In this document: in pieces, positions 25,452-32,000 of the stretch
Layout of the letters: each line of letters opens with the position of its first letter
How positions within the stretch are numbered: position 1 is the first letter of the stretch
Origin: Dickeya solani IPO 2222
Lineage (GTDB): Bacteria > Pseudomonadota > Gammaproteobacteria > Enterobacterales > Enterobacteriaceae
Direction of reading: 5' to 3'
Assembly: GCF_001644705.1 (NCBI RefSeq)
Contig: NZ_CP015137.1
Coordinates: forward strand, 2,970,001 to 3,002,000
Length of the DNA: 32,000 nucleotides
Program-made: the position numbers and the translations under genes
The notes under the pieces: generated by a model
Told to the model about the DNA's origin: nothing
Seen by the model: only the letters and a program-made list of their open reading frames with translations
The model's database searches: none

Positions 25452-26999
25452 ATGACTGAACCCTTACTGGCTATCACCGATCTGGCCAAGAATTTCTCCG
25501 GCGTCTGGGCGCTGAACAAGGTGCAACTGACGGTGCTGCCGGGAGAAATCCACGCCCTGCTGGGCGAAAACGGCGCCGGCAAGTCTACGTTGCTCAAGGC
25601 GCTGGCCGGGGCGCAACCCCAGACCAGCGGCGATATCCGCTTCAACGGCGAACTCTTGTCGCCGCAGAACTCGCCGGTAGAACGGCAGAATCGCGGCATC
25701 GTCACCATCTACCAGGAATTCAACCTGCTGCCCAACATGACGGTGGCGGAAAACATGTTTCTCGGCCGCGAGCTGCAACGCAGCCGGCTGTTTGTCGATG
25801 CGCAGGCGGTCAATCAGGAAGCCCGCACGGTGCTGGAGTATCTGCAACTGAACATAGCGCCGACCACGCAGGTGGCGCGGTTGAGCGTGGCGCAGCAGCA
25901 GATGGTGGAAATCGCCCGCGCATTGACCCTTAACGCCCGGTTGATCGTGATGGATGAACCCTCCGCCGCGTTAAGCGACAGCGAGGTGGAGAGCCTGCAT
26001 CGGGTGGTGCGCGAGCTGAAAGCGCGCGGCGTCAGCGTGATTTATGTCACCCACCGGCTGCACGAAGTGTTCCAGCTGTGCGACCGTTTCACCGTATTGC
26101 AGGACGGCCGTTACACCGGCTCCGGCAACGTGGCCGACATCGACGTCGCCGGCATCATCCGCATGATGGTCGGGCGCGACGTGGTGTTCACCCGTCGCCC
26201 GGCGTCGGAAACCCACCATCAGGACAAACCGGTGCGGCTGGCGGTGAAAGGGTTGTGTCGGGAAAAACCGCCGCTCGACCCACACGGCATCGCGCTCGAC
26301 CACATCGGTTTTCAGGTTCATGAAGGGGAGATCCTCGGCATCGCCGGGCTGGTGGGCGCCGGTCGCACCGAGGTGGCGCGCTGCCTGTTCGGCGCCGACC
26401 CGTTTACCTCCGGCGAATTCTGGCTCGACGGTCAGCCCTACCAGCCGGTCGACCCGCTGCACGCGCTCGATCAGGGCATTGCGCTGGTGCCGGAAGATCG
26501 CAAAAAAGAGGGCGCGGTGCTGGGCTTGTCGATCCGCAACAATCTGTCGCTCTCCAGCCTGTCGTCGCTGCTGCGCTGGCGCTACTTTGTCGACACCCGT
26601 CGCGAAGACGACCTGATCGAATCCTACCGGCAGGCGTTGCGCATCAAGATGGTGGACAGCGAGCAGGAGGTGCGCAAGCTCTCCGGCGGCAACCAGCAGA
26701 AAGTGATTCTGGCGCGCTGTATGGCGCTCAACCCCCGGGTGCTGATCGTCGATGAGCCGACGCGCGGCATCGATGTCGGCACCAAGTCTGAAGTGCATCA
26801 GGTGCTGTTCGATATGGCGAAACGGGGCGTGGCGGTGATTGTGATTTCCTCCGATCTGCCGGAGGTGATGGCGATTTCCGATCGCATCATCACGCTCAGC
26901 GAAGGCCGGATCACCGGCGAACTGCACGGCGATGACGCCACGGAAGAGCGGCTGATGACCCTGATGGCCATCTGCCATGACGCATTACAAGCCGCATAA
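25452..26999 (+). CDS. sugar ABC transporter ATP-binding protein with tandem ABC domains (RbsA/MglA type, 515 aa)
   Basis: Walker A GENGAGKST and GLVGAGRTE; signatures LSVAQQQ and LSGGNQQK. Start set at 25452, with GGAGGG 8 nt upstream. Confidence 0.9.
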   Translation: MTEPLLAITDLAKNFSGVWALNKVQLTVLPGEIHALLGENGAGKSTLLKALAGAQPQTSGDIRFNGELLSPQNSPVERQNRGIVTIYQEFNLLPNMTVAENMFLGRELQRSRLFVDAQAVNQEARTVLEYLQLNIAPTTQVARLSVAQQQMVEIARALTLNARLIVMDEPSAALSDSEVESLHRVVRELKARGVSVIYVTHRLHEVFQLCDRFTVLQDGRYTGSGNVADIDVAGIIRMMVGRDVVFTRRPASETHHQDKPVRLAVKGLCREKPPLDPHGIALDHIGFQVHEGEILGIAGLVGAGRTEVARCLFGADPFTSGEFWLDGQPYQPVDPLHALDQGIALVPEDRKKEGAVLGLSIRNNLSLSSLSSLLRWRYFVDTRREDDLIESYRQALRIKMVDSEQEVRKLSGGNQQKVILARCMALNPRVLIVDEPTRGIDVGTKSEVHQVLFDMAKRGVAVIVISSDLPEVMAISDRIITLSEGRITGELHGDDATEERLMTLMAICHDALQAA

Positions 27000-27009
27000 C
27001 GGAGATACC

Positions 27010-28050
27010 ATGAGCATGCAGCAACCCTTATCCCGTACCAAACAGCCGGCACCGGCTAACGGCCGGGGACGCATCGACCCGATCGCCTTCTTCGAACGTT
27101 TCGGGGTGTTCATTTTCATGATTCTGTTGCTGATCTTTTTCCAGTCGCAGAACAGCAATTTCCTGACCGAGCGCAACATCACCAACATCCTCACCGAGGT
27201 GTCCATCTACGGCATCATGGCGGTGGGCATGACCTTCGTGATCCTGACCGCGGGTATCGACCTGTCGGTCGGGTCGATTCTGGCGGTGTGCGCCATGACC
27301 GCCGCCTACGTGATCAAAGGGGATAATTTCACCACCGTCGACGCGCAGGCCTGGGGCGGCATGAGCTGGCTGGTGGGGTTGGGCATCTGTCTGGCGATGG
27401 GCACGGTGATCGGCTTCCTGCATGGGCTGGGCGTCACCCGCCTGCGGCTGTCGCCGTTTATCGTCACGCTGGGCGGCATGACCATCTGGCGCGGCCTGAC
27501 GCTGGTGATCAACGACGGCGCGCCCATCGCCGGGTTTGACCCCGGTTATCGCTGGTGGGGACGCGGCGAACTGCTCGGCGTCTCCATTCCAATCTGGATC
27601 TTCGCGCTGGTGGCGCTGATCGGTTGGCTGGCGCTGCATAAAACCCGCTGGGGGCGCTTTGTCTATGCCATCGGCGGCAACACCGAGGCGGCGCGGTTGG
27701 CCGGGGTCAACGTGCAGCGGGTGCTGGTCAGCGTCTACGTGGTGATCGGCGCGCTGGCGGGTCTGGCGGGCTTTATTCTCAGCGCCCGGCTGGGTAGCGC
27801 CGAAGCGGTGGCCGGTATCTCGTTCGAACTGCGGGTGATCGCCTCGGTGGTGATTGGCGGCACCTCGCTGATGGGCGGCTACGGGCGTATCAGCGGCACC
27901 ATCATCGGCTCCGTCATCATGGGGATCCTGATTAACGGGCTGGTGCTGATGAACGTTTCCGCCTACTACCAGCAGATTATCACCGGCCTCATCATCGTGC
28001 TGGCGGTGGCGTTCGACACCTACGCCAAGAACCGGCGCGGCGCCATCTGA
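27010..28050 (+). CDS. sugar ABC transporter permease (RbsC type, 346 aa)
   Basis: Polytopic protein with the RbsC-like block TAGIDLSVGSILA and GGTSLMGG. Start set at 27010, with GGAG 5 nt upstream. Confidence 0.88.
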   Translation: MSMQQPLSRTKQPAPANGRGRIDPIAFFERFGVFIFMILLLIFFQSQNSNFLTERNITNILTEVSIYGIMAVGMTFVILTAGIDLSVGSILAVCAMTAAYVIKGDNFTTVDAQAWGGMSWLVGLGICLAMGTVIGFLHGLGVTRLRLSPFIVTLGGMTIWRGLTLVINDGAPIAGFDPGYRWWGRGELLGVSIPIWIFALVALIGWLALHKTRWGRFVYAIGGNTEAARLAGVNVQRVLVSVYVVIGALAGLAGFILSARLGSAEAVAGISFELRVIASVVIGGTSLMGGYGRISGTIIGSVIMGILINGLVLMNVSAYYQQIITGLIIVLAVAFDTYAKNRRGAI

Positions 28051-28067
28051 CACAGGGAGCGACAGGC

Positions 28068-29201
28068 ATGAAACAGGTACGAATCGGTTTGATCGGCACT
28101 GGCTACATCGGCCGCGCCCACGCCATCGCTTACGCGCAGGCGCCGGTGGTGTATGCGCTGAAAGGGCAGCTGGTGTGCGAAATGTTGGCGGAAGTCTCGC
28201 CGGAACTGGCGGCACAGCGGGCGCAGGAACTGGGGTTCGCCCGTTCCACCGGCGACTGGCATCAACTGGTGGCCGACCCGGCCATCGACGTGGTGGATAT
28301 CTGCGCACCTAATTTTCTGCATCAGGACATGGCGATGGAAGCGATTCGCCACGGCAAACACGTCTATTCGGAAAAACCGCTGGCGCTCAACGCCGCCGAG
28401 GCGCGCGAGATGGTGGATGCCGCCCGTCGGGCCGGGGTGAAAACGCTGGTGGGATTCAACTACATGAAAAACCCGGCGGCGCAGCTGGCAAAAGAGATCA
28501 TCGCGCGCGGCGAGATCGGCGAGGTGACGCATTTCTACGGCACCCACAACGAAGACTATCTGGCCGACCCGCTAAAACCGGCGGACTGGCACTGTTTTCG
28601 GCACACCGCCGGGCTGGGCGCGCTGGGAGACGTGGGCGCGCACATCGTCAATATGGCGCACTACCTGGTGGGCGAGATTACCGAGGTGTGCGGCGATATG
28701 CAGACGGTGGTTACGCAGCGGCCGGTCAGCGCCGGTTCCGCCGAGCGGGTGACGGTGGAAAACGAGGATCAGGCGCATGCGATGGTGCGTTTCGCCAACG
28801 GCGCGCGCGGGGTGATCGAAGCATCGCGGGTGGCGTGTGGGCGCAAAATGGGGCTGAGTTATGTCATCACCGGTACCCGCGGCGCCATCAGCTTTACTCA
28901 GGAACGGATGGCGGAACTGAAACTGTACCGGCATGACGACCCGGTTAACCGGCAAGGGTTTCAGACCCTGCTGATCGGGCCGCAGCATCCGGAGTATGCC
29001 GCGTTTTGCGCCAGCGCCGGGCACGGCGTCGGTTTTAACGATCAGAAAACCGTCGAGGTGCGCGACCTGATCGACGGCATCGCCGCCGACCAGCCGCTGT
29101 GGCCCGATTTTGAAGAAGGCTGGCGCGTCTCTCAGGTGCTGGACGCCATCGTGCTGTCGCATCAGGCCGCACGCTGGGTGGCGGTGCATGAAGCGGGATA
29201 A
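28068..29201 (+). CDS. Gfo/Idh/MocA-family NAD(P)-dependent oxidoreductase (377 aa)
   Basis: N-terminal Rossmann motif IGLIGTGYIGRAHA and EKPLA motif. Embedded in the iol operon, so possibly an inositol-stereoisomer dehydrogenase; specificity is not deducible. Confidence 0.85.
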   Translation: MKQVRIGLIGTGYIGRAHAIAYAQAPVVYALKGQLVCEMLAEVSPELAAQRAQELGFARSTGDWHQLVADPAIDVVDICAPNFLHQDMAMEAIRHGKHVYSEKPLALNAAEAREMVDAARRAGVKTLVGFNYMKNPAAQLAKEIIARGEIGEVTHFYGTHNEDYLADPLKPADWHCFRHTAGLGALGDVGAHIVNMAHYLVGEITEVCGDMQTVVTQRPVSAGSAERVTVENEDQAHAMVRFANGARGVIEASRVACGRKMGLSYVITGTRGAISFTQERMAELKLYRHDDPVNRQGFQTLLIGPQHPEYAAFCASAGHGVGFNDQKTVEVRDLIDGIAADQPLWPDFEEGWRVSQVLDAIVLSHQAARWVAVHEAG

Positions 29202-29255
29202 CGGTCGTGCCGACGTGTTGTCGATTTCCTTTTTTGACTTGCAGGAATGGACGTT

Positions 29256-31241
29256 ATGAGTACGCAAAAGCAGTTTGACGTGATTTGCATGGGGCGGGTG
29301 GCGGTGGACCTGTACGGTCAACAGATCGGGTCGCGCCTGGAAGACATGGGCAGCTTCGCCAAATACCTGGGCGGTTCTTCCGGCAACGTGGCCTACGGCA
29401 CCGCCCGGCAGGGACTGCGCTCCTCCATGCTGGCGCGGGTGGGCGACGAGCACATGGGGCGCTTTCTGCGTGAAGAGTTGCAGCAGGTCGGTTGCGACAC
29501 CCGTCACCTGATTACCGATCCGACGCGGCTGACCGCGCTGGTGCTGCTCGGCATCAAGGATCGGGAAACCTTCCCGCTGATCTTCTACCGCGACAACTGC
29601 GCCGACATGGCGATCGCGCCGGAAGACGTCAGCGAGGATTACATCGCCTCGTCGCGCTGTCTGGCGATCACCGGCACCCATCTGTCACACCCTAATACCC
29701 GCGACGCGGTGCTGACCGCGCTGCGCTACGCCCGCCGGCACGGCGTGAAAACGGTACTGGATATCGACTACCGGCCGGTGCTGTGGGGGCTGACCTCGCC
29801 GGGCGACGGCGAAACCCGTTTCATCGAGTCCGCGGCGGTGACGGCGCAACTGCAACAGGTGGTGAACCTGTTCGATCTGATCGTCGGCACCGAAGAAGAA
29901 TTTCATATCGCCGGCGGCAGCACCGACACCCTACAGGCGCTGCGTCAGGTGCGGGCGCATACCGCGGCGGAACTGGTGTGCAAGCGCGGCCCGCTGGGTT
30001 GTTCGGTGTTCACCGGCGACATTCCGGCGTCGCTGGATGAGGGCATTACCGTCAAAGGCGTGCGCGTCGAGGTGCTCAACGTGCTGGGGGCGGGCGATGC
30101 CTTCATGTCCGGCCTGCTGCGCGGTTATTTGAGCGGCGAGGGTTGGGAAAAAGCCTGTGCCTACGCCAACGCCTGCGGCGCGCTGGTGGTGTCTCGCCAC
30201 GGCTGTGCGCCGGCGATGCCGAGCCGCATCGAACTGGATAACTATCTGGCGCGCGCCCATGCGGTGCCGCGTCCGGATCTGGACCCGGAGCTGAACCATT
30301 TACATCGCGTCACCACCCGCCGTCAGCGCTGGGAAGAGCTGTGCGTGATTGCCTTTGATCACCGCATTCAACTGGAGGAAATGGCGTTGGCCTGCGGCGC
30401 TGAACGCAGCCGGATCCCGGCGCTCAAGCAGTTGATCCTTAAGGCCAGCCAGCAGGCGGCGCAGCAGGCCGGGCTGCTGGGTGATGCCGGGTCGCCCGGA
30501 AAAGCCGGATTAGCGGCCGGCAGAGCTGGATTAGCGTCCGGCAGAGCCGGATTAACGCCCGGCAAAGCCGGATTATTGTGCGACGGCACTTTCGGGCAGG
30601 ACGCGCTTAACGCCATTACCGGGCAGGGTTGGTGGATCGGCCGTCCGATCGAATTGCCTGGCTCGCGCCCGCTGGCGCTGGAGCACGGCAACATCGGTTC
30701 GCAACTGGTGAGCTGGCCGCTGGAGCACATCGTGAAGTGTCTGGTGTTCTTCCATCCGGAAGATGACAGCCCGTTGCGGCTGGCGCAGGAACGGCAGGTG
30801 ACCGAGGTCTATCGCGCCTGTTGTCAGTCCGGCCATGAGCTGCTGCTGGAGGTGATCCTGCCCGCCGATATGCCGCGCAGCGACGATCTGTATCTGCGGG
30901 CGATCCAGCGTTTCTACAATCTTGGCATTCGGCCCGACTGGTGGAAACTGCCGCCGCTGTCCGCCGACGGCTGGCAACGGCTGGAACACCTGCTGGCCGA
31001 GCGCGATCCCTATTGCCGCGGTGTGGTGATCCTCGGGCTGGATGCGCCGATCGAGACATTACGTCAGGGGTTCAACGCCGCCGCCGGTCAATCGGTGGTG
31101 AAAGGGTTTGCGGTGGGGCGCACGCTGTTTGCGCAGCCGGCACAGCAGTGGCTGCGCGGCGACATCAACGACGAACAGTTGATCGCCGACGTCAAAAATA
31201 ACTACCTGCAGCTGATCGCCTTGTGGCGTCAACGCGGCTAA
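29256..31241 (+). CDS. iolC: 5-dehydro-2-deoxygluconokinase (PfkB) fused to a DUF2090/aldolase-like C-terminal domain (661 aa)
   Basis: PfkB motifs (GGSSGNVA, NVLGAGDAFMSGLL) in the N-terminal half and a C-terminal ~260 aa extension as in long-form proteobacterial IolC. Start set at 29256, with AGGA 9 nt upstream. An in-frame repeat lies in the linker. Confidence 0.88.
   Translation: MSTQKQFDVICMGRVAVDLYGQQIGSRLEDMGSFAKYLGGSSGNVAYGTARQGLRSSMLARVGDEHMGRFLREELQQVGCDTRHLITDPTRLTALVLLGIKDRETFPLIFYRDNCADMAIAPEDVSEDYIASSRCLAITGTHLSHPNTRDAVLTALRYARRHGVKTVLDIDYRPVLWGLTSPGDGETRFIESAAVTAQLQQVVNLFDLIVGTEEEFHIAGGSTDTLQALRQVRAHTAAELVCKRGPLGCSVFTGDIPASLDEGITVKGVRVEVLNVLGAGDAFMSGLLRGYLSGEGWEKACAYANACGALVVSRHGCAPAMPSRIELDNYLARAHAVPRPDLDPELNHLHRVTTRRQRWEELCVIAFDHRIQLEEMALACGAERSRIPALKQLILKASQQAAQQAGLLGDAGSPGKAGLAAGRAGLASGRAGLTPGKAGLLCDGTFGQDALNAITGQGWWIGRPIELPGSRPLALEHGNIGSQLVSWPLEHIVKCLVFFHPEDDSPLRLAQERQVTEVYRACCQSGHELLLEVILPADMPRSDDLYLRAIQRFYNLGIRPDWWKLPPLSADGWQRLEHLLAERDPYCRGVVILGLDAPIETLRQGFNAAAGQSVVKGFAVGRTLFAQPAQQWLRGDINDEQLIADVKNNYLQLIALWRQRG
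30496..30579 (+). repeat. 4 x 21-bp in-frame tandem repeat inside iolC (PGKAGLA AGRAGLA SGRAGLT PGKAGLL)
   Basis: Units at 30496-30516, 30517-30537, 30538-30558 and 30559-30579 differ by a few substitutions. Confidence 0.9.
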
Positions 31242-31267
31242 ATCCATTTAATGAGAGGGAATCGAGA

Positions 31268-32000
31268 ATGACTGTTCAACTGGGTATCAATCCGCTGACC
31301 TGGACCAATGACGACCTGCCCTCGCTGGGCGCGGAAACCTCGCTGGAAACCTGCCTGAGCGAAGGGCGTCAGGCCGGTTTCGCCGGGTTCGAACTGGGCA
31401 ACAAGTTCCCGCGCCAGTCCGGCGTGCTGGGGCCGATTCTGAAGAAACACGGGCTGAGTCTGGTTTCCGGCTGGTATTCCGGCCAGTTGCTGACCTGTTC
31501 GGTGAAAGACGAGATCGCCGCGGTGCAGGATCACCTCAACCTGCTGCGTGAGCTGGGCTCCACCGTGCTGGTGTTCGCCGAAGTCACCGGCGCGGTGCAT
31601 GGCGAGCAGCGCACGCCGGTGCATCTGCGCCCGCGTTTTCCGGCGGCGCGCTGGCAGGAATACGGCGACAAGCTCAGCGAATTCGCCCGCTATACCGAGC
31701 AGCAGGGCGTGCAAATCGCCTATCACCACCATATGGGCACCGTGATTGAAACCGCCGACGACGTAGACCAACTGATGACCCACACCGGGCCGGAAGTGGG
31801 CCTGTTGTTGGATACCGGCCATCTCACCTTTGCCGGCGCCGACCCGCTGGCGGTGGCGCAGCGCTGGGTGCAACGCATCAACCATGTGCACTGCAAAGAC
31901 ATTCGGCCCGAGGTGCTGAAAGAGGTGAAGAACCGCAAGACCAGCTTCCTTGATGCGGTGCTGAACGGCGTGTTCACCGTGCCGGGCGACGGCTGCGTCG
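31268..32000 (+). CDS. iolE: myo-inosose-2 dehydratase, 5' partial (244 codons; runs off the window)
   Basis: Open frame from the ATG at 31268 (GAGGGA RBS) to the window end, absent from the ORF track because it has no stop. MTVQLGINPLTWTNDD..., YHHHMGT, DTGH and FTVPGDGC match the IolE/xylose-isomerase-like TIM barrel. Confidence 0.88.
   Translation, partial: MTVQLGINPLTWTNDDLPSLGAETSLETCLSEGRQAGFAGFELGNKFPRQSGVLGPILKKHGLSLVSGWYSGQLLTCSVKDEIAAVQDHLNLLRELGSTVLVFAEVTGAVHGEQRTPVHLRPRFPAARWQEYGDKLSEFARYTEQQGVQIAYHHHMGTVIETADDVDQLMTHTGPEVGLLLDTGHLTFAGADPLAVAQRWVQRINHVHCKDIRPEVLKEVKNRKTSFLDAVLNGVFTVPGDGCV

Noticed and set aside
27028-28308. 426-aa minus-strand ORF. Similar long shadows occur at 6199-7038, 7254-8270, 8671-9639, 9937-10803, 11832-12596, 24022-24825, 25971-26978, 28572-29681 and 31238-31891.
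   Set aside because: All lie antisense to, or out of frame with, genes carrying strong family motifs. They are Arg/Pro/Gly/His-rich and have no RBS. This is the expected stop-codon depletion in GC-rich DNA.

Overview
High-GC enterobacterial chromosomal window. The genus cannot be fixed from sequence alone; orthologues of E. coli ddlA, dkgB-yafC, sbmC and dinI are recognisable. Left part: a GH43 xylosidase plus GPH symporter operon, the SOS gene dinI with a near-perfect LexA box, VOC and YciI-family genes, and ddlA. Middle: an AraC-type regulator followed by a class-III aminotransferase, an Fe-alcohol dehydrogenase and an APC permease, then a YdhP-like MFS transporter and yafC/dkgB. Right part: a myo-inositol catabolic locus with iolR, iolA-iolD, then iolG, a sugar ABC transporter, an oxidoreductase, a fused iolC, and iolE (cut by the window end and missing from the ORF track). 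This locus is interrupted by sbmC and by a ~3.2 kb AT-rich islet (about 20116-23318). The islet carries five minus-strand ORFs unrelated to inositol use: a stand-alone ABC/SMC-type ATPase, a secreted twin-CX3C mini-protein, an 83-aa protein, a plant-type [2Fe-2S] ferredoxin and a protein with a Tat-type RR signal. The last three are translationally coupled, and a 16/19 Fur-box match overlies a promoter upstream of the ATPase gene. I consider this islet the best candidate for an undescribed, probably iron-linked and envelope-directed system; its function is inference only. Several ORF-track ORFs are over-extended at the N-terminus and were trimmed to starts with a ribosome-binding site. Many long Arg/Gly/His-rich ORFs are antisense shadows of GC-rich genes and were rejected.
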